Source: Coprobacillus sp.
GTDB lineage: Bacteria; Bacillota_I; Bacilli_A; RFN20; CAG-826
Reading direction: 5' to 3'
Assembly (NCBI GenBank): GCA_021203745.1
Contig: JAJQAP010000050.1
Location: forward strand, 92 to 64,091
Length of the DNA stretch: 64,000 nucleotides
The notes under the pieces are model-generated. The model made no database searches. It was not told the DNA's origin and worked only from the letters and a program-made list of their open reading frames with translations. Of this stretch, positions 19,803 to 29,503 are shown in pieces. How positions within the stretch are numbered: position 1 is the stretch's first letter; each line of letters begins with the position of its first letter. Made by a program: the position numbers and the translations under genes.

Positions 19803-20492
19803 TTATTTAGAAATTGTGGGAGCGTCTTCGCTCTCACTTTCTTTTTCCTTTTTTGTGCCGATTCTAAAAAACTTCTTAAAAGAGTTTGTTAACGTCGCAA
19901 AAGACCATTTCATGAAATACTGCAAGATAGCAATTACCTCAATAGGCACTCCAATAACAAAGATGAGGTAAAGGTATTCGTTATAGGCAAAGAAGTATGT
20001 TGTTACATAAATACAGGCTAGTGATGCCCAAATCAGTGCAGATACACTAAGAAGGACCGCAAACCTCTGCTTATACACTAAAGCGAATATATAGGCAATT
20101 AAACATGTCGGGACACTAGCCCAAACAAAGGTTAACCAAGAGCACTCAAATCTGCCATTTGAACCAATCATTAGGGGTACGTATATCGCTGTAGCGACCA
20201 GCCACACCGCGGCAATAGAGAGTAAAACGGTAATAAATCTTCTTCTAAATCGTCTTAATCTATATCTATTCTGCTTCTCTCTAAAAAAATCATTAACATT
20301 GATACCATAGAGATCTGCGATTGCTTTTAAAGTAATAATATCAGGATATGATTCCCCTCTTTCCCATTTAGAGACGTTTTTATCGGAATAATTTAACTTC
20401 TCGGCAAGTTCAAATTGGGTCATTCCATTGGCTTTTCGGTAGTAGACAAGGTTTTTTGCAATTATTTCTTTATAGTCTTTTTCTTTTGCCAT
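19803..20492 (-). CDS. XRE-family helix-turn-helix transcriptional regulator fused to a 4-TM membrane domain
   Basis: N-terminal HTH (LVYYRKANGMTQFELAEKLNYSDKNVSKWERGESYPDIITLKAIADLYGINVNDFF), then RRFRRRF stop-transfer and four hydrophobic helices. Divergent from the patatin locus. Confidence 0.8.
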   Translation of the reverse strand: MAKEKDYKEIIAKNLVYYRKANGMTQFELAEKLNYSDKNVSKWERGESYPDIITLKAIADLYGINVNDFFREKQNRYRLRRFRRRFITVLLSIAAVWLVATAIYVPLMIGSNGRFECSWLTFVWASVPTCLIAYIFALVYKQRFAVLLSVSALIWASLACIYVTTYFFAYNEYLYLIFVIGVPIEVIAILQYFMKWSFATLTNSFKKFFRIGTKKEKESESEDAPTISK

Positions 20493-20687
20493 ACCCCTAT
20501 TATATTAGACTTTTTTCTTTTTAGGTAATCATTTAACTCGTTTTAAAAAAATAAGCGTGAAGGTTAACTAAACTCTTTGTCTAGTAAAGGATAGAGAGAA
20601 ATTCTACACCTAAGAAGGTTTACAGTGTCTAAAGAAATAGAGAAAAAGAAATAACTTTAAATACCTAAATTATGATAAATTACTTGT

Positions 20688-20837
20688 ATGAATAATGAAC
20701 AAGATTATCTACAGGAAGAAGAACTAACCGCTGAACAAGAGGTGGAAGTTTATGATATTTATGAAGAAATAGAAGAAGACTCTTCTCCCTTCATCGACTC
20801 CGACGAAGAACTCTATCTTCTCGATGATGAAATTTAA
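20688..20837 (+). CDS. small hyper-acidic protein, 49 aa (below ORF-track size cut-off)
   Basis: ATG...TAA ORF encoding MNNEQDYLQEEELTAEQEVEVYDIYEEIEEDSSPFIDSDEELYLLDDEI, about 45 percent Asp/Glu. Ends 27 nt upstream of the patatin start. No clear SD, so it may be leaderless or non-coding. Confidence 0.35.
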   Translation: MNNEQDYLQEEELTAEQEVEVYDIYEEIEEDSSPFIDSDEELYLLDDEI

Positions 20838-20864
20838 CTCGAAATGAGTATAATATAGGCTTAT

Positions 20865-21722
20865 ATGGAAAAAGCTTGTCTTGTTTTACAAGGTGGGGGT
20901 TTTCGTGGGGCGTTTACCGCGGGCGTTTTAGATGTTTTAAATGAGAACGAAATCGCGTTTGAAACCATTGTTGGTGTCTCTATCGGCGCACTCTGTCTTT
21001 GTAACTACATCTCTAACCAACCATATAGATCTATCAATATCTTAAGAAATAGTTGTGAGGATCAAGTCCTCTCTTCTTATAATATGAAGTCTCGTTTAAA
21101 AGGTAAAACATACTCCTATGAGTATCTATTTACCTATAGTAATGATGTTGTTCCTCCCTTTGACTATGATAAGTTTTACTCCTCTAAGGTAAGATTTATC
21201 GCTGTGACAACATCACTAGAATCAGGAAAGCCACAGTATACCGATATAAGTAGTGTTTCAAATCCCTTTGATGTTATCTTCGCCTCCGCGTCAATCCCTG
21301 CGATTAGTAAAGGTTATCTAGTCAATGGTGTTACCTCTTACGATGGAGGGACCTCTGACCCTATTCCTTATGAATACGCGAAAAGCCTAGGTTATGATAA
21401 GATACTTATCATAGAAACACAGGAAAAGAGTTATAGAAAAGGACCAATGCCAAAAAAGAATATCCGAGAGAATAACTTGTACTTTAGAAAGCACAAAGAA
21501 TATGCGAAAGCACTAAACGAATATAATAACGTGTATAATAAACAAGTAGATTATATAGAGAAAGAAGAAGAGAATGGACACAATTTTGTTTTACGTCCTT
21601 CTATAAATGCGTATATTTCTTTAAAATACCCAACGATAGAGAAGCTAAATGCTTTGTATGAAGATGGAAGAAAATGCGCTCTTGATAATCTAGAGAAAAT
21701 AAGAGAATATTTAAGTGAATAG
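20865..21722 (+). CDS. patatin-like phospholipase (PNPLA/RssA family)
   Basis: Oxyanion motif LVLQGGGFRG, nucleophile elbow GVSIG (GxSxG), catalytic Asp in YDGGTSD (DGG). Confidence 0.85.
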   Translation: MEKACLVLQGGGFRGAFTAGVLDVLNENEIAFETIVGVSIGALCLCNYISNQPYRSINILRNSCEDQVLSSYNMKSRLKGKTYSYEYLFTYSNDVVPPFDYDKFYSSKVRFIAVTTSLESGKPQYTDISSVSNPFDVIFASASIPAISKGYLVNGVTSYDGGTSDPIPYEYAKSLGYDKILIIETQEKSYRKGPMPKKNIRENNLYFRKHKEYAKALNEYNNVYNKQVDYIEKEEENGHNFVLRPSINAYISLKYPTIEKLNALYEDGRKCALDNLEKIREYLSE

Positions 21723-21724
21723 TT

Positions 21725-22123
21725 ATGAAAGAGTCTTTAAAGAACTATAGAGTGTATATAGCGGCTATTATCCTCGTAATCGTGGGTCTTGGTGTGCCTT
21801 TCCTAGTATTAGGGATTTCTCTCATCCCATCCTTTAATTTTAATCAATTTGAAGGCTATCCTTGGTTAATTGCGATTTTTATGGGAGTTTACTTTTTAAT
21901 CGGTTTTCTCTGGGGAGATATTAAAGGGGCAACATACCGAAAAAAGAACAAAAACTATGATGGAGAGCTTCCAGAAGATATAAAGACGACATGTTGGTCA
22001 AGAAGATGGCCCTTTTTCCTTGCTGCGGCCCTACTTTTACTTGTTTTTATCGGAATTGATATATATTATGGTGTTGTAGGGCATTTCCCCTTTATCGTGA
22101 CGAATATAACTTCATTGTTATAG
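21725..22123 (+). CDS. small 4-TM membrane protein, 132 aa
   Basis: Start 3 nt after patatin stop. Four hydrophobic helices. No motif. Confidence 0.5.
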   Translation: MKESLKNYRVYIAAIILVIVGLGVPFLVLGISLIPSFNFNQFEGYPWLIAIFMGVYFLIGFLWGDIKGATYRKKNKNYDGELPEDIKTTCWSRRWPFFLAAALLLLVFIGIDIYYGVVGHFPFIVTNITSLL

Positions 22124-22283
22124 ATAAACTTTCCAATTTACAGTGTCAAAAAATAGACTCCGGTTTACTCCTTTTTTATATTTTTAAAAAAAATAAAAAA
22201 ACAATTGTATTTTAGTACGTCTCATTGTATTCTTTAATCTATCATTGTGATGGAAAATATACTAGAAAGGAGAAAACAAACAA

Positions 22284-24767
22284 ATGAAAGTAAGTAAATC
22301 AAAAACAATCATGGCCCTTGCTCTTTGTGCGGTAACACTTGCAGGGACAAGTTGTAGTTCCGGCTACAAAACGTTTACGATTGAAAATGCACTTTATGGC
22401 ATTAATGGCAAGACTGCTCGTGATACGTATAACGCATTCCTTGCAACATCAATTGATACCTTAAACTATCTCGATAGCCAAGAATCCGCGGATGCTGAAC
22501 ACTACGCGAACTTTGTTGATGGACTTTTAGTCCACGATCAATATGGTATCCTTCAAAAGAATCTTGCTACAGAAGTAAGACATAATGCCGATTACACTAA
22601 GTTTGCTTTTACAGTCAAGGAAGGAGTCCCTTGGGTTAAATGGAATGGTTCTAACTACACAGTTGGAGGTAAAAAACAATACGTCTCCGCTCAAGACTTC
22701 TTAACAAGTGCAAAAGCAACCCTAACATATTCTAATGGTTCAAGTCTTTACTATTTAATTGCTCAATTTGTGAAAGGAGCAGAGGAATACTACTGGTATA
22801 CATATGTTCTTGATGAAATTGCTCAAGGTGGTCGTACCGGATCGTCCCTAGCAAACGATAAGGACCGACAAGTTGAGATTATTATGAATGGCATTGAGGA
22901 AAACAACCCCACTGTCTATAACGCCTGGTATAAGGATAACCCAATTACTGTCGATGACCTTGATGATATCGCCAGTGGCGCTAGACTAGGTATTACTGTG
23001 GATGGAGTTACCTCTAATGGTGGTGGTACAGTGACCTATGAACTCTATACAGCCGCCTCATTCTTCCCCACTATGTTTACCTATTCATGTTTCTTACCAA
23101 CAAATGAAACATTCTTAAACGATACAGGATTTGCTTCTTTTGGTAGCGCAAAAGATAAGATCCTCTACTGTGGTCCATATCTACTTAAAGACTACGATGA
23201 AACACAAGTTAACTATGTTAAAAACAATTCATATTGGAATAAAGACATCGTTCACCTTGAAAATATTCACTACACTGTCGCTCCAAGTACAATCGATGAT
23301 GATTATACAAGAAATGCCTTTGAAAACGGACAAGTCGATGGATTTACAGTCTCATCTCGTGATGTCGCGGGATGGCAAAAATATATTACTGGACCAGATG
23401 GATCAGGCTCTATTGAAGATCCTTATGATCCAACAGTCTACTCAAGATGGCTTGATACCATCGGTAATATGTATGGTACAAACCTTGTCTTAGGTAGAGA
23501 TAAGGAGAATCGTGATTCCACTAACTGTATCTATACGACAGGGATAAAAAAAGACGATGTTGATAACACCGCAAGAGCGCTTTCCTTACAACCTGTAAGA
23601 AATGCTATTTTAAAGTCACTAGACTATGAATCCTATAACCAGTCTTATGGAGCGGAAGAAATTTATCAAACCCAATACATGGTTCATACATACGTTCCTA
23701 GAGGATTCGTTATTGATGATGATGGTAACGATTATGTGACTCACCATCTATATCAAGTCTATGCTGACCATCTTGGTATATACTCTGGCATTGATGAGTA
23801 TGAAGCTGATGGCACCATTGTCCCAGGTTCTGTCGCGGAGCTTCTTGAACCTGGTCAATATGCGACTAGACAACAAACTCCAGAACAGATTAAGGCCTTT
23901 GCAGAAGAAGCCAAAACCGCAATAGGTCTCTATAACGACATTTCAGAAAATAAAACAATCACCCTTCCAATTAAAGTGTCTGTTTACTGTTCATACTTTG
24001 ATAGTGATTCAAGAGTCTTTACCAGTGAGACACTTGAAAGCATGAATGCTTGGATTAATGGATATTCAGTTAGAGAATATCGAGATCTTTCTGATGAAGA
24101 TCTTGAAGACCCAGATAAGATTTGGTGTACATTCCTCCCCACCGATAAAGTTACCTCTTCTAACTACGATGAAGTGACTCACAATGGTTACTTTGATCTT
24201 TCTATCGCTCAATGGGGATGGGGAGCAGACTATGGTGATCCACTCTCATATATGAACACCTATCGTATTGGTGGTGACTGGGCGGATGTCTTCCCTTACA
24301 TTTCAGATGAAGAAACCGCTAACTACAACCTCGTTTATGACGCGTCTGGTAGTCCAAAGCTTGAATACACCAACCTCCTAGAAGAGTACACTGCAATTGT
24401 GGCACAAGGTGCTGCAGTTACCGATGATACCAACCAAAGATTTGATATCTTTGCGGAAGCAGAATATATGCTAGAACAAGAACTAGCAATCTATATGCCT
24501 CACTGTAACTATGGTCAAGGTTGGGCGGTCTCTGTCAGTAGAACAATCGGTTACGAAATGCCAGCGGGTGCTTATGGTATTTCTGATGATAGACTTACTG
24601 GTATCTGGGTCCTCGATGAACTACTACAAAGCGACGAAAGAAAGCAAATCAAAGCGAACTTTGACGAGGCAAAAGAAGCATATATTCAAGAACTCAAAGA
24701 TGCGAATAACGGAAAGAGTTCTTCCCTAAACATTTATGATTTAAATGACTATCTCATTCCAGATTGA
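22284..24767 (+). CDS. oppA: oligopeptide ABC transporter substrate-binding lipoprotein (family 5 SBP), unusually large (827 aa)
   Basis: Signal peptide with Cys (LAGTSC). Cluster-C SBP-like domains with long insertions. First gene of opp operon. SD AAAGGAGAAAAC. Confidence 0.8.
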   Translation: MKVSKSKTIMALALCAVTLAGTSCSSGYKTFTIENALYGINGKTARDTYNAFLATSIDTLNYLDSQESADAEHYANFVDGLLVHDQYGILQKNLATEVRHNADYTKFAFTVKEGVPWVKWNGSNYTVGGKKQYVSAQDFLTSAKATLTYSNGSSLYYLIAQFVKGAEEYYWYTYVLDEIAQGGRTGSSLANDKDRQVEIIMNGIEENNPTVYNAWYKDNPITVDDLDDIASGARLGITVDGVTSNGGGTVTYELYTAASFFPTMFTYSCFLPTNETFLNDTGFASFGSAKDKILYCGPYLLKDYDETQVNYVKNNSYWNKDIVHLENIHYTVAPSTIDDDYTRNAFENGQVDGFTVSSRDVAGWQKYITGPDGSGSIEDPYDPTVYSRWLDTIGNMYGTNLVLGRDKENRDSTNCIYTTGIKKDDVDNTARALSLQPVRNAILKSLDYESYNQSYGAEEIYQTQYMVHTYVPRGFVIDDDGNDYVTHHLYQVYADHLGIYSGIDEYEADGTIVPGSVAELLEPGQYATRQQTPEQIKAFAEEAKTAIGLYNDISENKTITLPIKVSVYCSYFDSDSRVFTSETLESMNAWINGYSVREYRDLSDEDLEDPDKIWCTFLPTDKVTSSNYDEVTHNGYFDLSIAQWGWGADYGDPLSYMNTYRIGGDWADVFPYISDEETANYNLVYDASGSPKLEYTNLLEEYTAIVAQGAAVTDDTNQRFDIFAEAEYMLEQELAIYMPHCNYGQGWAVSVSRTIGYEMPAGAYGISDDRLTGIWVLDELLQSDERKQIKANFDEAKEAYIQELKDANNGKSSSLNIYDLNDYLIPD

Positions 24768-24798
24768 TAATCTTTTCTAAATCATCATAATGAGAAAA

Positions 24799-24831
24799 GT
24801 AGCTAGTGGGCGAGTCTTGCCCACTAGCTAC
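24799..24831 (+). promoter_or_regulatory. perfect 13-bp stem-loop between oppA and oppB (intercistronic attenuator / mRNA-stabilising hairpin)
   Basis: GTAGCTAGTGGGC-GAGTCTT-GCCCACTAGCTAC. No trailing T-run, so it is probably not a full terminator. Lies 32 nt after oppA stop and 24 nt before the oppB start. Confidence 0.6.
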
Positions 24832-24854
24832 GATCTCTTAATAAGGAGTATTTA

Positions 24855-26024
24855 ATGACATCATATATAGTCGGCTACACAATAATCATACTAATCGTTT
24901 TGTTTATTGTTTTCTGTGTACTCGTCAAACGAAGAGTGCTTTTTGCTAATACTCCTTCCATGCAAAAAATATTTGCTCATCCTCTTCTCTTCTACTCATT
25001 CCGAAGACTAGGATCAGCCTTAATTTCTCTCATTCTCGCCATTTTGGTGACTTTCTTTTTAATTAGACTAGCCACTCCCGCGGATAACACTTGTTATAAA
25101 CTCTTCTACGATCCAAAAATCTCTGAACTAGTTTATAACCTTAGATGTGATAACTGGAAAGAGAACATGGGTTTCTCTGGAACGATGCTTCAGCAGTTAA
25201 TTAACTACTTCTACGCTATCCTCCCATTCCCAAAAACCCTCTGTGTGACAGAAATTAACGTTGATCTTGGAATGTATACGATTACTGGATGTCGTAACTT
25301 TATCTTTGACTTTGGTCGTATTTATAAGTTAGCAGGCTTTACCGATGGAGGTTTTGTCTGGGATTACATCCTGCCTAGAATGGGTGTTTCCTTTGAAATA
25401 GGGATTATTGCAGTGGTACTCGAGTTAGCCCTAGGTTATCCATTTGGTATTTTAATGGCTAAATACGAGAATGGATGGTTTGATAGGATAGGTAAAGCAT
25501 ACATTATTTCAGTGGATGCGATACCGGGTATTGCCTATTACTACATTTGGCTCGCACTACTTTGTTCAGTATTTATGCTGCCGATGACATACGATGCAGA
25601 TAACTTCCTCTCCTGGCTTCCTGCTATCCTCACTATGGCCTTTACTGGTATGGCGGGGATTGGATTGTGGGTCAGACGTTATATGGTGGATGAATTTAAC
25701 GCTGACTATGTAAAGTTTGCTAGATCAAAAGGATTAAGTGAATCACGTATTCTTTGGGTACATATTTTAAGAAACGCTGTGGTCCCACTTGTTAGAACTT
25801 TCCCAAGTGCGGTTATCGGTGCTCTTCTAGGAACCTACTACCTAGAAAATATCTATGGTATACCAGGTATAGGTCAAGCAGTAATGGTGGCCATTAACTC
25901 CAATAACTCCTCATTACTGTCCGGTATTATCATCATTTCTGCCTTGCTGAGTATTCTCTCTTACTTATTAGGTGATATTGTGACTGCCTTGTGTGATCCA
26001 AGGATTAGTTTTACTAAGGAATAG
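24855..26024 (+). CDS. oppB: oligopeptide ABC transporter permease
   Basis: BPD-transport permease fold (6 TM). 389 aa with an insertion in the first extracytoplasmic loop, as in Mollicute OppB. Confidence 0.85.
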   Translation: MTSYIVGYTIIILIVLFIVFCVLVKRRVLFANTPSMQKIFAHPLLFYSFRRLGSALISLILAILVTFFLIRLATPADNTCYKLFYDPKISELVYNLRCDNWKENMGFSGTMLQQLINYFYAILPFPKTLCVTEINVDLGMYTITGCRNFIFDFGRIYKLAGFTDGGFVWDYILPRMGVSFEIGIIAVVLELALGYPFGILMAKYENGWFDRIGKAYIISVDAIPGIAYYYIWLALLCSVFMLPMTYDADNFLSWLPAILTMAFTGMAGIGLWVRRYMVDEFNADYVKFARSKGLSESRILWVHILRNAVVPLVRTFPSAVIGALLGTYYLENIYGIPGIGQAVMVAINSNNSSLLSGIIIISALLSILSYLLGDIVTALCDPRISFTKE

Positions 26025-26039
26025 AAAGGAGGCCTTTTT

Positions 26040-27296
26040 ATGAGTGAAGATGAAAATAAAGAAAACCAACAATTAGAAACCCCCGTTGCTACTCCTGAAG
26101 TAAAGGAAGCTAAAAAAGAAGAGAAGCAACAGATTATCTACGCCCCAGGTAGAAAAAAGCAAAGACAGAAAAAAGCAAAAAAAGAGAAAAAAATTATCCT
26201 TGGCGATAAGTCTTATACAGAAGAGGATCTCTTCTCGACCTTTGAAGAAGATCCTAGAATGGCTTCCACTGTAAGTGTAGACTCTACAATTGACGCTAAC
26301 CTCGATGATCTATTTAAGGTTGTCGGCACTAACGAAGAGAATATCGAGCAACTCGATGCCGTTCCTTACTCCTACTGGAGAATGACTTTCTCCTATCTTT
26401 TCAAAAAACCAATGGCCATTATTAGTGTGGTGATTATTGTTTTAATCATCCTTCTTGCTATCTTTGGGCCAATGATTCATTCATACGATCCAATCCTCGT
26501 TAGTCACGGAACTGTATTACGTAACCCTGATGGTGTGTTTACAGATGAACTGGTCGGAGGGTATTTAGGACCTAACTCTAAATACTGGTTTGGACTATGT
26601 GGGTCTAACATGGGTACATGGTTTGAAGGAACCGATATGTGGACTGATGTCTGGCTAGGAACAAGACTATCTCTAGTTCTTGGTACTGTCGTTGCCTTAA
26701 TTGAAGTCGTTGTAGGTATCATTATCGGCGCTTTGTGGGGATATATAAGATGGCTAGATCCTATCCTTATTGAGGTACGAAACTTTATCAACAATATTCC
26801 TGAAATCCTTCTCGATATCTTACTTATGCAGTTCTTTACCCCTTATATGGCGGATTATGGTTTCTGGATCATTGTCTTGCTGCTTTCTATGTTTAGCTGG
26901 ATTGGTCTAGCGGGTTTCGTTAGAAACCAAATCATCATCATCCGAAATAGAGAGTATAACATTGCCTCTCAGACGATGGGCACAAACACCGTCAATATGA
27001 TTACGCATAACCTCTTACCATACCTTATCAGTGTGATAGTTACCGATATAAGCACCGCAATTCCTGCGGCAATAAGCGCCGAAGTTGGTCTCTCCTTCTT
27101 CAATCTTTCCTTCAATATCGCGGATGGAGATATCACCCTTGGACAAGTTTTGACTCAAGCGGTTAATGGTACAGCATTCTTAAGCCATCCATACCTGCTG
27201 CTTGGTCCATTTATCGTCATTATTCCTTTAACTGTAGGATTCTTCTATCTTGGACTGGCGCTGTCGGATGCTACCGATCCTAGGACACATAGATAA
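26040..27296 (+). CDS. oppC: oligopeptide ABC transporter permease with ~110-aa charged N-terminal cytoplasmic extension
   Basis: C-terminal 6-TM permease core. N-terminal KE-rich extension (EAKKEEKQQ...KKQRQKKAKKEKK). 418 aa. Confidence 0.85.
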   Translation: MSEDENKENQQLETPVATPEVKEAKKEEKQQIIYAPGRKKQRQKKAKKEKKIILGDKSYTEEDLFSTFEEDPRMASTVSVDSTIDANLDDLFKVVGTNEENIEQLDAVPYSYWRMTFSYLFKKPMAIISVVIIVLIILLAIFGPMIHSYDPILVSHGTVLRNPDGVFTDELVGGYLGPNSKYWFGLCGSNMGTWFEGTDMWTDVWLGTRLSLVLGTVVALIEVVVGIIIGALWGYIRWLDPILIEVRNFINNIPEILLDILLMQFFTPYMADYGFWIIVLLLSMFSWIGLAGFVRNQIIIIRNREYNIASQTMGTNTVNMITHNLLPYLISVIVTDISTAIPAAISAEVGLSFFNLSFNIADGDITLGQVLTQAVNGTAFLSHPYLLLGPFIVIIPLTVGFFYLGLALSDATDPRTHR

Positions 27297-27306
27297 GGAG
27301 GTCTTT

Positions 27307-28491
27307 ATGGCGACAAGTAAATATCGTAATCAACCAATTAATAGTGCAGACCTCAACCTTGAACTAGGGGCAATGACTGAATATCCTACTGATCCTAACG
27401 AGGAAGTTGTGATGTCTATCCGTAATTTAAATGTGGGCTTTACCACAAGAGGTAAAAAGACACATGTTTTACGTGACATTAATCTCGATATATATAAAGG
27501 TAAAACACTCGCAATCGTCGGTGAATCAGGTTCTGGCAAATCAGTCTTTACAAAGACCTTTACAGGAATGCTAGACTCTAATGGCTTTATCTCATCTGGC
27601 TCTATTATGTTTGATGGTCAAGATATCGCTAAACTCACTTCTCATAAGGAGTGGCAACCAATTAGAGGTAAAAAGATTGCCACAATCTTCCAAGACCCAA
27701 TGACCTCTTTAAACCCACTTCTAACTATCGGTTATCAGATTAGTGAAGTATTAATACTTCATCGTGGAATGAGTAAAGAAGAAGCTAAAAAAGAAGCTAT
27801 ATCACTTCTAGAAAGAGTAAAAATACCTAATGCCGCCCAACGATATGACGATTATCCATTCCAGTTCTCTGGTGGGATGAGACAAAGAGCGGTTATCGCT
27901 ATTGCTCTCGCGTGTAAACCTGAGATACTCATATGCGATGAACCAACAACCGCACTAGATGTCACTGTGCAATCACAAATTATCGATTTAATTAAAGATT
28001 TACAAAAAGAGTATGGTTGGACAACAATCTTTATTACCCACGATCTCGGAGTGGTTGCCAATATCGCAGATAATGTCGCGGTTATGTATGGTGGTCAGAT
28101 TGTGGAGTATGGGACGATTGAAGATGTCTTCTATCATCCTGAACATCCTTATACATGGGCGCTTCTTTGCTCTTTACCACAACTTGGTACAAAAGATGAA
28201 CCACTTTCCTATATTAAAGGTAATCCACCATCATTTGGATCTGAAATTATTGGGGATGCCTTTGCTCCACGTAATGAATACGCGATGAATATCGATTTTG
28301 TAAAAGAACCACCAGCATTTAAGGTCAGTGAAACACACTGGGCAAAAACATGGCTACTTTCTCCTTACGCTCCAAAAGTTGAAAAACCAAAGGTTATTCA
28401 AGAACTCCATGAACGTATGAAGATTGCAGCGAAAGAATTAGCAAGACAGGAGGGAGACGAGTATGCCGAAGAAACAAAAGTCGGAGAGTGA
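27307..28491 (+). CDS. oppD: oligopeptide ABC transporter ATP-binding protein
   Basis: Walker A GESGSGKS, signature FSGGMRQR, Walker B ILICDEPTTALD, C-terminal oligopeptide-ABC extension. Start ATG 27307 after GGAGGT. Confidence 0.9.
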   Translation: MATSKYRNQPINSADLNLELGAMTEYPTDPNEEVVMSIRNLNVGFTTRGKKTHVLRDINLDIYKGKTLAIVGESGSGKSVFTKTFTGMLDSNGFISSGSIMFDGQDIAKLTSHKEWQPIRGKKIATIFQDPMTSLNPLLTIGYQISEVLILHRGMSKEEAKKEAISLLERVKIPNAAQRYDDYPFQFSGGMRQRAVIAIALACKPEILICDEPTTALDVTVQSQIIDLIKDLQKEYGWTTIFITHDLGVVANIADNVAVMYGGQIVEYGTIEDVFYHPEHPYTWALLCSLPQLGTKDEPLSYIKGNPPSFGSEIIGDAFAPRNEYAMNIDFVKEPPAFKVSETHWAKTWLLSPYAPKVEKPKVIQELHERMKIAAKELARQEGDEYAEETKVGE

Positions 28492-29503
28492 ACTCAATCT
28501 TAAACCCGCCACAGAAGAAGAGGATATCTTTGAAGTTAACAAGGTTGAAGAAGAACCAATTGTCAAGATGAGAGATGTCCAGATTGCTTATAAAGTTGGT
28601 AACGTGCAACGAATTGTTGTTAATCATTTAAATCTCGATATTAATCGAGGGGAGATTTTAGGACTCGTTGGAGAGTCAGGTTCCGGGAAAACCACAATTG
28701 GAAGAGCCATCATTAGAATTAATAAAGTCAGTGGTGGAGAAATTACCTATAATAATGTTCCAATTTCTGGAAAAATACCGAGAAAACGAGAAAAACTATT
28801 AAAAACAAAGATTCAAATGGTCTTCCAGGATCCAGGAGATTCATTAAATGATAGAGCAAATATCGATTATATCGTTTCAGAAGGACTAAGAGCCTATCAT
28901 ATGTATGATAACGAGAAAGATAGACTAGAAAAAGTTGAGGATATGATGGCTAAAGTCGGATTAAGAAGCGAATTCCTTTCCAGGTATCCTCATGAATTCT
29001 CCGGTGGTCAACGTCAAAGAATCGGTATTGCAAGAGCGATGATTATGAATCCAGAACTTGTTATCGCTGATGAACCTATATCCGCGTTAGACGTCTCTAT
29101 TAGAGCCCAGATCCTTAATTTAATTAAAGAGTTCCAGCAAGAAAGAAAGATGACAGTTCTCTTTATTGCCCATGACTTATCCGTTGTTAGATATATATCT
29201 GATCGTATTGCGGTTATCTACGCTGGTAAAATTGTTGAGTTAGCCTCTGCGAATAGACTATTTGAAGCACCACTTCATCCTTATACGAAGTCACTCCTTA
29301 CCGCAGTGCCTATTCCTGACCCTAAAGTGGAGAAGAAAAAGAAGATTCTTGTCTATAATCCACGTGAAGCTCATCAATACTCTAAGTATGATCCACCAGA
29401 ACTCGTGGAGATAGAGCCAGGACATTTTGTTAGATGTGATAAAAAAGAAAAAGAAAAATATGAAGAAGAACTTAAAAGATTGGGGGATAGTTTAAATGCC
29501 TAG
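28463..29503 (+). CDS. oppF: oligopeptide ABC transporter ATP-binding protein
   Basis: Walker A GESGSGKT, signature FSGGQRQR, Walker B LVIADEPISALD. Confidence 0.9.
   Translation: MPKKQKSESELNLKPATEEEDIFEVNKVEEEPIVKMRDVQIAYKVGNVQRIVVNHLNLDINRGEILGLVGESGSGKTTIGRAIIRINKVSGGEITYNNVPISGKIPRKREKLLKTKIQMVFQDPGDSLNDRANIDYIVSEGLRAYHMYDNEKDRLEKVEDMMAKVGLRSEFLSRYPHEFSGGQRQRIGIARAMIMNPELVIADEPISALDVSIRAQILNLIKEFQQERKMTVLFIAHDLSVVRYISDRIAVIYAGKIVELASANRLFEAPLHPYTKSLLTAVPIPDPKVEKKKKILVYNPREAHQYSKYDPPELVEIEPGHFVRCDKKEKEKYEEELKRLGDSLNA

Noticed and set aside
20865-21722. Patatin-like phospholipase as a CBASS / anti-phage effector
   Set aside because: No cGAS/DncV-like cyclase, SMODS, SAVED, TIR or other sensor genes nearby. 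Context (DegV) favours lipid metabolism.
24799-24831. 13-bp perfect palindrome as a transposon terminal inverted repeat or CRISPR repeat
   Set aside because: Single copy. No transposase nearby and no repeat-spacer periodicity. The position between oppA and oppB fits an mRNA hairpin.
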